Positions 1 through 9,758 are shown, numbered from the stretch's first letter. The stretch: DNA of 64,000 nt from Alphaproteobacteria bacterium (GCA_964291215.2 OZ219790.1:352001-416000); one strand, 5' to 3'. Made by a program: numbers and translations. Notes: generated from the letters alone by a model not told the origin.

Positions 1-323
1 GTGCAGAACCCGCACTGGGCGGCGTTCCGCTGCTCGAATTCCCGCTGGAGGACCGCAAACTCGCCCGACCGCGACAACCCCTCGATGGTAACGACCTCCG
101 TGCCGTCCGCCTGGACGGCAAGAATGAGACAACCTCGGACCACGACCCCATCTACCCTGACCGTGCACGCACCGCACACGCCGTGTTCGCAACCCAGATG
201 CGAGCCCGTAAGGTCAAGGTCAAGGCGCAGGAAATCGACGAGATGCCGGCGGACGGGAACCGTCCGCGTCACCGTCTCACCATTCACATCCAAGGTTATT
301 TCAACTGAATCTTCATCCGACAT
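1..323 (-). CDS. (2Fe-2S)-binding small subunit of a xanthine/CO-dehydrogenase family molybdoenzyme (CoxS/CutS-like), 3'-truncated by window edge
   Basis: Not in the ORF track. Manual translation from ATG at 323 gives MSDEDSVEITLDVNGE...GSHLGCEHGVCGACTV...GCLILAVQADG..VVTIEGL...NAAQCGFC, the CoxS cysteine pattern. Confidence 0.92.
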   Translation of the reverse strand, partial: MSDEDSVEITLDVNGETVTRTVPVRRHLVDFLRLDLDLTGSHLGCEHGVCGACTVRVDGVVVRGCLILAVQADGTEVVTIEGLSRSGEFAVLQREFEQRNAAQCGFC

Positions 324-408
324 GTGCAGCATAGTGGCACGGCGAACAATATCGGTCAAAATGTTGCGGCCGCGCCGGCGGTTCCAGAAAACCCAGCGAC
401 CGCAGTTG

Positions 409-1467
409 TCAGAGGTCGCGCACCTTCGGCAGAATCTCGCGCCCGAAGATTTCAAGGGACCGCATGATCTCCTGCTGGGCAAGCGAGCCGAAATCCACCA
501 GCATCGCGATCTGGGTTATCCCGATCTCACGCAATACCTCGATACGTTCGACCGCCTGTTCGGGTCCGCCCATCAGCACACGGCCAGGAAAATAGCGCTC
601 AAAGGCGAGTTCCTGCTGGCCCGATTCACGGCGCTGATAACCCTTGTATGCTTCCGGGTCGGGTGGTTTGCTCGCCGCCTCGATGCCGGCCCGGGCATAT
701 TCGGCCATCGGACCATCGACGATGGCCTTAAGCGCGGCATCGTCCGTCTGCTCGAGGAAATGCGCGTGATAGACGCAGCAGATTTCGTGGTCGGACGCAG
801 GCCGACCGTATTTTTCCAGGGCATCTTGGTACCAGCCGATCCGCTCCACGGCGACAGCATGATCGACATGATAGGCAACATAGAGGAGATTGTGGCCTTC
901 GCGTGCGGTCCACTCGAAGCTCTCGGGCGACATCAGGCACGCGTTCCAGATCGGTGGGTGTGGTTTCTGGTAGACCGGCGGCAAGACCCTGAGGCCGGAC
1001 ACCCTCGGCCGGAATTTCGATTCAAACTCGAGCGGTTCCCCGGTCCACGCTTGGAGGACAAGCTCAACCCCCTCTTCCACCCGTTCGCGGCTTTCCCGCA
1101 TCGGTACGCCGAAAGCGTCGAACTCGTCACGAATGAAGCCTCTGCCCACGCCAAAATCGAGCCGTCCCTTCGAGAGCTGGTCGAGTGTAGCCGCCTGCTC
1201 CGCTACCCGGAGCGGATCATTGAGCGGCAGCACGGTCGCACCGGTGCCGAGACGGATTTTCTCTGTGCGAGCGGCGAGAAAGGACAGGAATGCGTAGTGG
1301 GCCGGCAGGAATCCGCCATGGCGCACGAAATGGTGCTCGACCATCCATGCGTAATCGATGCCGATGCTGTCGGCATACTCGACCTGTTCGACAATGTTGT
1401 GCATGTGAATATGCACGTCGCGCTTGTCAGGCAGATGGGTCGGAAGATAGAACAGGCCGAATTTCAT
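409..1467 (-). CDS. LLM-class flavin-dependent oxidoreductase (luciferase-like monooxygenase)
   Basis: MKFGLF start; WMVEHHF, PLRVAEQAATLDQLSKGRLDFGVGRG and PVYQKPHPPIW motifs. Confidence 0.93.
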   Translation of the reverse strand: MKFGLFYLPTHLPDKRDVHIHMHNIVEQVEYADSIGIDYAWMVEHHFVRHGGFLPAHYAFLSFLAARTEKIRLGTGATVLPLNDPLRVAEQAATLDQLSKGRLDFGVGRGFIRDEFDAFGVPMRESRERVEEGVELVLQAWTGEPLEFESKFRPRVSGLRVLPPVYQKPHPPIWNACLMSPESFEWTAREGHNLLYVAYHVDHAVAVERIGWYQDALEKYGRPASDHEICCVYHAHFLEQTDDAALKAIVDGPMAEYARAGIEAASKPPDPEAYKGYQRRESGQQELAFERYFPGRVLMGGPEQAVERIEVLREIGITQIAMLVDFGSLAQQEIMRSLEIFGREILPKVRDL

Positions 1468-1784
1468 GGGACGCAGTCCTTGCGTTCGGTGAACGGCTTG
1501 CATAACGCCGAAAGGCGTCCGCAGAAAGGCGGCAAAGCGACCGGACGCGCCGATATCCCGGTGAGATGGTCTTGCCAGGCTGGCACCCTGTACGCCACCG
1601 TAAAGAGCCCACTATACCATCCCGGACTGGTGTCCTCGACAGTTTGTGGCTGGACGACATTTCGTCGTCAGCATCCGGTCGGAAGCGAAGCAGGCCGAAA
1701 TCTGGACATGCGAAGAGTTGATGCAAACGCAAGAAGCCGATCCGGAACCGGCCTCACGCCCAACTCTTTCGGTACTGGCAAACG

Positions 1785-2285
1785 GTAAGCGTTCGTTCAT
1801 GCGGTGATGACGATCTGCGCCGAGGTTTATTTTGGTGATTCGGAGAAGGGGGCTGTAAATTTTTTTGGCGGTGCCATCAGATGGTCATGTGCATCAAGGA
1901 TTTCGTGTCATCATCGGGTGCGGACGCCGTAGGCGACGTGCCGCAGTCGTCGTGTCGTGATTCGGCCACCAGGAAGTCCCTGTACGATCGCGAGCGTATT
2001 CGGGCCGAGGCTGCGGATGCCCGCACGGCGGCTGCGGAGGGTCGCTGTGAGGAGCTGCGCTTGCAGGAGGTGGAGAAGCGCAGCCGCGCGAATTCCCTGA
2101 AGGCGGTTTTCGAGAGCAATCGCGAGAAGCTGTCAGCTGCCCGTGCGGAGGTCAAGGAAGTTCGACGGACGGCGAAGCAGTCTCTTGCGCTGAAGCAGGA
2201 GGTTGCGCGTCCGGGCCAGCTTCTTGCCGAGGCCGGCGCGCGGAAGCGGTCGACGGTGGTGTCGCTGCGCATGGAGAATGCCAGC
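1785..2285 (+). mobile_element. IS66-family left-end remnant with coiled-coil transposase N-terminus (ORF from 1881)
   Basis: Begins GTAAGCG (typical IS66 terminus) at 1785. Coiled-coil ORF (RERIRAEAADARTAAAEGRCEELR) is cut where the next element begins. Confidence 0.55.
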
Positions 2286-2290
2286 CTGAA

Positions 2291-2577
2291 CCCAAGTTGG
2301 CACTTTTTACGTCAGTCGAAGGCGAAATTTATGCGGCTGCCCCGTTCGACATGCTATATATTGTTGTCCCTGTTCTTGAACCCACTATATTTCTGATTGC
2401 GTGTCCGGGGTGGGCGCTGTAGTGCCAGGATATTTCCGATTTGCTTGACCCCGCCGCCAAACCCGGTATATCTGAAGCCTCGTCAACACAAAAGGCTCCA
2501 GACAACATGTTCATCAGGACAACCAAAACCCACAGCACCGCAGACGGCAAACCCGTCCACAGCCACCGACTCGTGCA
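2291..2577 (+). mobile_element. IS1634-family left end plus first 24 codons of transposase
   Basis: Terminus CCAAGTTGG resembles the CCGAAGTTCC ends of other IS1634 copies here. ATG at 2507 gives MFIRTTKTHSTADGKPVHSHRLVQ, then an IS256 end interrupts. Confidence 0.65.
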
Positions 2578-2612
2578 GATTACGCAACCTGATGTCTGGA
2601 AATTGTCGTGAA
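2578..2612 (-). mobile_element. Solo right end (IRR) of IS256-family element
   Basis: GATTACGCAACCTGATGTCTGGAAATTGTCGTGAA is near-identical to the IS256 end at 21739 and to the reverse complement of the end finishing at 4885. Confidence 0.85.
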
Positions 2613-3066
2613 AAAGACTACGGCGGCGTATTTTGGCGTCAGCTTCTTCTTTCGCCGATAGTAGTCGAGGGTGCCCGAGAGGATCGGGTTATTTTCCGAT
2701 CGCGCAAGTTGCTCCAGGGCGCGGATGCAGGCCTCCATCTGCATCTTCCGAGTGAGCTTGGTGAGATGGCGCTTCGCTTTGGTCGGGGATAGGCGGAGTC
2801 CCTCCTCCAGCACGGCGACATCGAACCGAAGAATGCAGTGCGACCCGACCCACAGCGCACCCCCACAGCCGACCATTTGTGTAGGCATTGGCGATCTCGA
2901 AATGATACCGTAGCTCCTGCGGGCCGCAAAGCTGACAGGTTTCGACTGGCGCTTCGTGATCAATGGTGTTCTCTGTAAAAGACCATTCCGCGAAAGCATC
3001 AGGAAAGGTTCCGGCCACGGAGAGAGGCAGGATGCTGTCACGCACTCGCTGGGTATAACCGCTCAT
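2613..3066 (-). pseudogene. Hypothetical Cys/His-containing (possible Zn-binding) protein, frameshifted and 3'-truncated
   Basis: Two ORF-track frames join as ...TCQLCGPQELRYHFEIANAYTNGRLW/VGSHCILRFD... once a 13-bp insertion near 2857-2869 is removed. The C-terminus is cut by the IS256 end. Confidence 0.7.
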
Positions 3067-3114
3067 GATGCACTCGCTCCGCTAATTTAAGCCCCCTTAT
3101 CTTAACCCGCCCGC

Positions 3115-3162
3115 TATTTAAGTGAAAGTCATATTGCTTAAATAAGCGCCAAGCATCATAAT
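3115..3162 (+). promoter_or_regulatory. Sigma70-type promoter (TTGCTT-17-CATAAT) overlapped by inverted repeat TATTTAAG-N14-CTTAAATA; probable leaderless fic transcript
   Basis: -35 at 3134-3139, -10 at 3157-3162, ATG at 3168. IR arms at 3115-3122 and 3137-3144. Confidence 0.6.
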
Positions 3163-3167
3163 GGGGT

Positions 3168-4349
3168 ATGAGCGATTCTGACCCCAACCAACGCCTCGGC
3201 CGTTTTATAGAAACACCCGTTGCGGGGGAGACGGTGCGCGCTTTCGTGCCTCCGCCTCTACCGCCGGTGCCAACGATCGACGTGCTGGCGCTTCTTGATC
3301 GGCTCAGCCTTGCCGAGCGCTCCCTGGGACGGCTGGACGGCATCACAATGCTGCTGCCGCACCAGGAACTCTTTCTCTATATGTATGTCCGCAAGGAGGC
3401 GGTGCTGTCTTCGCAGATCGAAGGCACGCAATCGACGCTCTCTGATCTGCTGCGCTTCGAGACCGAAGCACAAGCCGGCCAGCCGATCGACGACATCCGC
3501 GAGGTCTCGAACTACGTCGATGCCATGATGTACGGGTTGGAGCGTCTGCAGGAACTACCACTGTCTCTGCGACTGATCCGTGAGATGCATGCGCGTTTGC
3601 TGCAAAGCGGGCGTGGCGGCACCAAGGATCCCGGTGAGTTTCGCCGATCACAGAACTGGATCGGCGGCACACGTCCGGGCAATGCGCTGTATGTGCCGCC
3701 GCCAGTCACTGAACTGGATGATTGCCTCGGGACGTTTGAACGCTTCATGCACGAGGACGAGTCCCGTCTTCCGGCCCTCATCAAGGCCGGGCTGTTACAT
3801 GTCCAGTTCGAGACCATCCATCCGTTTCTCGATGGCAATGGCCGCATCGGCCGCTTGCTGGTCACGCTGTATCTCTGCGTCAATGGTGTGTTGCAGAAGC
3901 CGCTCCTCTATCTGAGCCTGTTTCTCAAAACACATCGTGCTGACTACTACCGGCTACTTCAGGAAGTGCGCGAGCACGGCCACTGGGAAGCCTGGCTCGA
4001 CTTCTTCCTTGCCGGCGTGGCCGAAACGGCAAACCAGGCGTTCGATGCCGCCACGCGGATTGTCGATCTGTTCAAGGAGGATCGCGAGCACATCACGGCG
4101 GAAAGCGACCGCGCCGGCTCGTCACTGCGCATCCATGAACTGTTCCAGCAACATCCGTTCCTGACCGTGAACCAGCTCGTTGAGCACACTGGCCTGTCGG
4201 CGCCGACGGTGAACGCTGCGCTCGCCGACCTCGAAGGTTTTGGGATTCTTGAGGAGATCACTGGGCGAAAGCGGGGGCGTGTTTTCAGCTACCGCGTCTA
4301 TTTGATCATCCTAAGCGAGGGTACCGATCCGCTGCCCACAACCTCCTAA
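3168..4349 (+). CDS. Fic family protein with N-terminal inhibitory motif and C-terminal HTH
   Basis: Canonical Fic motif HPFLDGNGRIGR; SSQIEG (S/T)xxxE(G/N) motif; C-terminal LSAPTVNAALADL..GILEEITGRKRGRVFSY wHTH. Confidence 0.95.
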   Translation: MSDSDPNQRLGRFIETPVAGETVRAFVPPPLPPVPTIDVLALLDRLSLAERSLGRLDGITMLLPHQELFLYMYVRKEAVLSSQIEGTQSTLSDLLRFETEAQAGQPIDDIREVSNYVDAMMYGLERLQELPLSLRLIREMHARLLQSGRGGTKDPGEFRRSQNWIGGTRPGNALYVPPPVTELDDCLGTFERFMHEDESRLPALIKAGLLHVQFETIHPFLDGNGRIGRLLVTLYLCVNGVLQKPLLYLSLFLKTHRADYYRLLQEVREHGHWEAWLDFFLAGVAETANQAFDAATRIVDLFKEDREHITAESDRAGSSLRIHELFQQHPFLTVNQLVEHTGLSAPTVNAALADLEGFGILEEITGRKRGRVFSYRVYLIILSEGTDPLPTTS

Positions 4350-4367
4350 AGTGAGGAAGCCAGTGCC

Positions 4368-4400
4368 ATGCGGATCAAGTTTATCGAGATCTCTAATTTT
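4368..4400 (+). pseudogene. 11-codon stump of a probable OLD/AAA ATPase-nuclease gene, cut by IS30
   Basis: GAGG RBS then MRIKFIEISNF, the typical start of ABC/OLD-type ATPases. The IS30 terminus follows immediately. Confidence 0.45.
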
Positions 4401-4763
4401 CCCCCGTTCCATAGTAAAGTGCAAAACATGATGGGCTGTGACCATGTGTTTTTAGACACATCATGTTGTGGAGCGGTAGCGGCGAGAGTTCCTGTACAAG
4501 ATGAAGGGAGCTTGTTCATGTCCAAAGGCTACCGTCACCTACGAAGAGCGATGCCAGATTGAGGCAGAAAAGCGGTCTTTCACACGGTGCGATTGCTCGG
4601 CAGCTGGGCCGATCAACAATTTTCCGGGAGATCAAGCGCAACGGCGGGGGACGGGGTTACCGTCACAAGCAGGCGCAAAGGATGGCAGAAACGCAGGGCC
4701 GCCTCGTCTGTTTCCTGGCGGTTGACGCCTCGGGTTGAAGCTCAGGAAAAGCTGCGGGAGGGT
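4401..4763 (+). mobile_element. IS30-family element, 5' remnant (copy 1)
   Basis: Terminus CCCCCGTTCCATAGTAAAGTGCAA; frameshifted MSKGYRHL..EERCQI..REIKRN..YRHKQAQ; near-identical to copies at 45894 and 47553. Confidence 0.88.
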
Positions 4764-4885
4764 TGGAGCGCCTCTCGACCGCGATCATCATCGACGAAAA
4801 ATGGGAAACCGAAACCAAGGCATACATCAAATGGGAACAGCTCGATCAGCTTCACGACAATTTCCAGACATCAGGTTGCGTAATC
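4764..4885 (+). mobile_element. IS256-family 3' remnant with IRR
   Basis: ERLSTAIIIDEKWETETKAYIKWEQ... matches the C-terminus of the IS256 at 21739-22947; ends CATCAGGTTGCGTAATC. Confidence 0.85.
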
Positions 4886-5105
4886 CTCCGGACAACGGTC
4901 AGGATCGACCGCGAGATAATGAACGTCCTTGCCGACATCGATCCCGGCGCAATCCCGCTTCACCACTTCCAAGCTTTCGGCCCGTCTGCGCCTGCGTGGC
5001 ATCCATATCCCTCCCCTGACTGCCTCGCTTCACTCAGATCGGGGAGGAGCCACGGCGAAATCTCAATCTCTTGAACGAGGTCGCGGGAAAACCCGCGCCA
5101 TCAGT
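4886..5105 (-). mobile_element. IS110-family element left end plus 39 N-terminal transposase codons
   Basis: Not in the ORF track. ATG at 5002 (GGGGAGGG upstream) gives MPRRRRRAESLEVVKRDCAGIDVGKDVHYLAVDPDRCPE; GIDVGK is the first catalytic Asp motif of DEDD transposases. Left boundary approximate. Confidence 0.8.
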
Positions 5106-5299
5106 GATAGAAGCCGATCATAGTTCGGGCCACGCTACTTTACGGGTGCTGCCGCAGCACGCCATTGCCAGGCTGACCTCGACTGCCCCGACCGTCCGAC
5201 GCATCACATCTTCCGCCCGCGCCAGCAAGTACCCGTTTTTGCTCTCGCGACGGGGCCGGCGCCGCGCGGGGGTGGGTGCTACTCTAGGAAATTTCACAA

Positions 5300-5334
5300 T
5301 ATATGTTGCGATATCCGCATATAAAGCAGATACT
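5300..5334 (+). promoter_or_regulatory. Promoter (TTGCGA-17-GATACT) with palindrome TATATG-N12-CATATA; probable leaderless autoregulated abiEi promoter
   Basis: -35 at 5306-5311, -10 at 5329-5334, ATG at 5340, no SD. Confidence 0.5.
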
Positions 5335-5339
5335 TGGTC

Positions 5340-6167
5340 ATGTCTTACGATCGGCGATCCGCCCTGTCAGGTTACGTGAGCGGTCTGCTCTCCACCGGCC
5401 GAACGGTCTTCACCGCCGACGATGCCGAACAGGCGCTCGGTGTTGGGCACGGCGCGTTCCTGGATGCCGCGGAACGGTTACAGCGTCGCGGGGCGTTGCT
5501 CAACCCACGGCAGGGCTTCTATGTCGTTGTCCCGCCGCAATACGCGTCCTGGGGGGCGCCGCCGCCGGCCTGGTACATCGACGCGCTCATGCGCCGCGAG
5601 GGTCAGGCCTACTACGTCGGGCTGCTCAAGGCGGCGGAGCTGCACGGCGCGACGCACCAGGCGGTCATGGAGTTTCAGGTCGTCACGGCGAAGCGCCTGC
5701 CCAAGATCCGTGCCGGGCGCAGCATGATTGTCTTCTACTTCCGCAAGGACATGGAAGCGGTGACGGCGGGAATCAAGGATCGCAAGACCGATACCGGCAC
5801 GATGAAGATTTCATCGGCCGCGCTGACCGCCCTCGACCTGCTGCGCTATCCGCAGGCGTCGGGCGGCATGGACAACATCGCCACGGTTCTCTCCGATCTC
5901 GGACGCAACATCGACCGGGAGCAGCTCGCCGCGTTATCAGTGGTCGTGCAGCGGCCTGTCGTACAGCGTCTCGGGTATCTTCTGGACCATCTCGGCCATG
6001 ACGAACTGACGGGGCCCATGCAGGAGTCCCTGAGCGCACGAGGGTCGCTGCCCTGGACCGAGCTCGACTGGCAGGAGGCGCGGGACCCGGACTTCGCGCC
6101 TGAACCGCTCCAACGCGATGTCCGGTGGCGGATCATCGCACGCCGGCTACCCCAGGCCGACGCATGA
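5340..6167 (+). CDS. abiEi: Type IV toxin-antitoxin antitoxin, AbiEi family
   Basis: N-terminal wHTH-like region; RQGFYVVVPPQY, YYVGLLKAAELHGATHQA and TALDLLRY motifs; ATGA overlap with the toxin. Confidence 0.93.
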   Translation: MSYDRRSALSGYVSGLLSTGRTVFTADDAEQALGVGHGAFLDAAERLQRRGALLNPRQGFYVVVPPQYASWGAPPPAWYIDALMRREGQAYYVGLLKAAELHGATHQAVMEFQVVTAKRLPKIRAGRSMIVFYFRKDMEAVTAGIKDRKTDTGTMKISSAALTALDLLRYPQASGGMDNIATVLSDLGRNIDREQLAALSVVVQRPVVQRLGYLLDHLGHDELTGPMQESLSARGSLPWTELDWQEARDPDFAPEPLQRDVRWRIIARRLPQADA

Positions 6168-7021
6168 TCCCGGCGCAGAATATCGTCGCCTGGGGCAACG
6201 TCGTTCCCTGGGCCGATCAGCGACAGGTCGAACAAGACCTCATCATCGGCCGTGCTCTGGTGGAGATCTTCTCCGACGACATGCTGCACGCCGCAGTGCG
6301 GGTTCGCGGCGGGACGGCGCTCAACAAGCTGCACTTCCCGGAGCCGATGCGCTATTCCGAGGACATCGACCTGATCCGGACTTCCGGCGGGCCGATCGGT
6401 CCCATCCTCGATCAACTGCGTGTCGTTCTGGAACCGTGGCTGGGCCGCGCGCGGTTCGATCAGAGTCCTGTCGCACCGAAGTTTCGCTTCCGGGTCGATG
6501 CCGAAGACGGCAGTGGCGTGCCGATCCGGCTGAAGGTCGAGATCAACACCCGCGAGATTCAGGCTTTCGACGGCCCGGCGTCGTTGCCGTTGAAGATCGA
6601 TAATCCCTGGTTCTCGGGCGAGGCGGCCATTTCGACGTTTTCGCGCGAAGAGATGCTGGCGACCAAGCTGCGTGCATTGTTGCAGCGTGACCAAGGGCGC
6701 GATCTCTACGACCTCGCGCACGCGCTGGAGGTCTTCGAGAACCTCGATATCGGCGGTATGGTCGAGATGTTCGGGCGGTATCTCGACCTTTCCGGCCAGA
6801 CGATTTCCCGGGCTCAGGAGCGGATGTTCGCTAAACTGGCCAACCCGCGCTTTTTGCTCGACCTGCGCCCCCTACTGCCGGCTGTTCAGGCGCAGGCTCT
6901 GACGGAAGAGACAACAGCGGATTCCTTTCGCCGCGTGTTCACGATGCTCATCGATCGGCTGCCCGGCGAGCCCTGGGGAAGGACGCAGGCCATGAAGGAA
7001 CGCTTCGGAATCTCATGGTGA
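6164..7021 (+). CDS. abiEii: Nucleotidyltransferase toxin, AbiEii/AbiGii family
   Basis: VEQDLII, RGGTALNK..RYSEDIDL, LKVEIN and ATKLRALLQRDQGRDLYD motifs; translationally coupled to abiEi. Confidence 0.93.
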   Translation: MIPAQNIVAWGNVVPWADQRQVEQDLIIGRALVEIFSDDMLHAAVRVRGGTALNKLHFPEPMRYSEDIDLIRTSGGPIGPILDQLRVVLEPWLGRARFDQSPVAPKFRFRVDAEDGSGVPIRLKVEINTREIQAFDGPASLPLKIDNPWFSGEAAISTFSREEMLATKLRALLQRDQGRDLYDLAHALEVFENLDIGGMVEMFGRYLDLSGQTISRAQERMFAKLANPRFLLDLRPLLPAVQAQALTEETTADSFRRVFTMLIDRLPGEPWGRTQAMKERFGISW

Positions 7022-7934
7022 CACGAGCGCGGTTAGCCATAGTCATCCGTTCGGGTTGGTCATGACGCGTCAATTGCATTCCGGACCTTACGAAGACCTG
7101 CTGACCTCCGCTCTGGAGGCGGAAATCAATGCTCGAACGGCGGAGGGCTGGCGGGTTGATGTCGCCTCGGCCGAATCAACTGTCCGCCCCGAACTCCTGG
7201 CCCGTCATGCTTATCACCTCCTTCGACGCGCGCTCGAAGGAATTCCCGAAGAAGACGGCGCTCAGCTGGCCAACCAGGTCACCTTGGCGAATCGACTGGT
7301 GGAGGTCCTCGTCGAACATGGCGCGATGGCCGACGACCGGGTCGCAGACGCCGCGCGCCTGCTTCTGGAAGCTGTGGAACGCGGGGCATTGGGCGGTACG
7401 CAATCGGCAATTCCGCGCCCGACACTCTCGCTTCGTCGGACCGGCCTGCTCGTCAATGGCCGGCGCGATGTCCAGATCGCGAGCGAAATCCCGAGTGCCG
7501 ATCGGATCGATCTCCTGTGTGCATTCGTGCGGCACTCGGGGTTGCGGCTGTTCCGCTCCGAGCTTGCAGAACGGGTACGAGAGGGCGCGCGGGTGCGCGT
7601 GATCGCAAGCGTCTATACCGGGTCAACCAAACGCCGAGCGCTGGACGCGCTTGTCCATCTCGGTGCGCACGTGAAGGTCTCCTACGAAGTGGCGCGGATC
7701 CGGCTTCATGCCAAGGCATGGCTGTTCCACCGCTACAGCGGTCTGCACACCGCCTACATCAGTTCGTCAAATCTCACCCACACGGCACAGGTCGACGGCC
7801 TCGAATGGAACGTGCGCGTGAGCGCGGCCGAGAACCCCGAAGTGATCGAGCGCTTCGCGGCGACCTTCGAACAGTACTGGCGAGAGCCCGAGTTCGAGGA
7901 CTATACGCCCCAGCGTGACAGTGAGCGTCTCGAC

Positions 7935-8443
7935 GGGTGCAGTTCTCGTATGGCGCATTCAAGTCATTGATTTAACATGGTTGTGCGGTCGCAAGGCAGC
8001 GGCGAAAACGGGTTTTCGTGACAATCGCCCGTTTCAGGACAGGATTTTGTCACGCCCCCCACGGCATCGACAGGGTGATCCGGGCGCTGCGCCACCTTCG
8101 CGACACCGCGGCGCCAACGGGCCGACAGGGAACTGTCCTTCTTCCGCAAGCATCGCCACCGAACGCGCTACCACGCGCTGAAGCAACCGGCTCGGGAATT
8201 GTCGAGGCGGCAAACAAGACCCTCGTCACACAGCGCATGAAACGCTCCGGCATGCGCTGGCGCATCGTCGGCGGACAATCACCTTCCGCGCCCTGATCCG
8301 GCCGCTTCGAGAGCGCGTGGACGGCCATGATCGGTGCAGACGGCGCACCAGCCAACGACAACATCAGCCCAAATCACCCCCCTGCACTGTGAGATGAACA
8401 AATGGTACTGAGCCTGCAACTGTGCCATACGAAACTCTCACCC
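7935..8443 (+). mobile_element. ISKra4-family internally deleted derivative (MITE-like, 509 bp) with both TIRs and 8-bp TSD
   Basis: TIRs GGGTGCAGTTCTCGTATGGC / GCCATACGAAACTCTCACCC; TSD GTCTCGAC at 7927-7934 and 8444-8451; residual GSGIVEAANKTLVTQRMKRSGMRW. Confidence 0.92.
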
Positions 8444-8649
8444 GTCTCGACTACGCGCTCTCGAGACGGCGCGGCGATTCCGGAATAGACGACGGCACCC
8501 TGCTGTCTCTGCTGGTCGACGTCACTCACCAAGCTGTCGCGCTGGAGGCCCTCCAAGCGGAGCGTCTGCGCGGATACCACCGCAACCTCGTGGTCGCGGC
8601 GACCGGCAAGACCTGGATTGCAGCATTCGATTTCAAACGGCTGCGCGAC

Positions 8650-9758
8650 TAGTGTCTTGTCATTCATAAAATGTCGGATAAAGGCGTTTGAGTTTCACGC
8701 GGGCATCGTCGGTGGTGAACTGCCAATCCACCTTGGCCTGAATGCGGTCGCCTGCCAAGCGGCAACTTCCCGGGGTAACACCTCGGTCGATGCGGCGGTT
8801 CAGGCGGATCATGACGTTGAGTTCGATCACGTTCAGCCAACTGCCGTGCTTGGGGGTGTAGACGAACTCGAAGCGGTCCCACAGGGCCTTGGCCTCGTCC
8901 GGCGGGTAGGCCTCGTAGAAGGCGCCGGGGAGTGTTGAGATTGTCCATCACCAGGGTGATGGTGGTAGCATCTTGGTAGCGCTCGGCGATGTCGGCTTGG
9001 AACTGCGCCCAGTCGATCTTGCGCTCGGTTACCTTGGTCATGCGCTTGCCGGCCAGGGGTTCCGTGAAGACGTTGCAGGTACCGCAACGTCGATACTCGT
9101 AGTCGTTACGCCCGTCCCGGCGCCATGGCGATCGGTTGCCGTGTCTCGCCGGTCGGGGCGTTTCGTCCATGCAGACCACGGGGAAGGCGGCGGAGCGGCG
9201 ATCGAGCACCTTCGCTGCGGCGAAGTCGGCGTTCCCTTGAGGAGGAATCACCCACCCGCTGCCATGGCTTGAGGCAGTTTTTTTTAGAACACGCCGCACC
9301 GTCTCGTGTGACACGGTGTAACCAAGCTCGACAACGCGGTCGGCCAGCAGCCGCAACGACCATTGCGCGTAACCCTCAGGCGGTTCACCACAACTCAGAG
9401 CCACGCGCCTCGAAGACGCCGTCGGCTTTTCGCATATAGGTAGGACGGCGTCCTTGCCGGCCACCCAATGCCGCCTCCAGCCCCTCGAAACGCTTCTTTA
9501 CTCGGTCTACTTTGCGCATGCTGATGCGCAGAATCTCAGCAATGACCTTCCCGGTCATCTGGCATTCATTGAACGCGCCCTCGTCGCAGTTAAGCAGGGC
9601 GTTGATTACCTTTTGCGACAGGTGCGAGCCCTTGATCTCCGAAAGTTCTGCCCGTTCGTCCAGGGTCACCACGTAGCGTTTCATACTCCGACCTCCATCC
9701 CGAATGGACGGACAGTCTAGCACCAAATGTACGACATATCATTGCTGACATAACACTA
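8650..9758 (-). mobile_element. IS630-family element, complete ends, degenerate transposase
   Basis: CTAG at both ends; IRs CTAGTGTCTTGTCA / TGACATAACACTAG; MKRYVVTL, WSLRLLAD, VCMDET, YEYRRCGT and LVMDNLNT motifs with many short deletions. Confidence 0.92.

Noticed and set aside
1-1788. 595-aa plus-strand ORF and similar long ORFs (11366-12739, 14427-16070, 36569-38326, 38343-39794, 54882-56312)
   Set aside because: Antisense shadows of recognisable genes in high-GC DNA, with no motifs of their own.
2578-4885. Composite transposon of two outward-facing IS256 right ends carrying fic
   Set aside because: The flanks differ (CTCGTGCA vs CTCCGGAC), so there is no TSD evidence of joint transposition.
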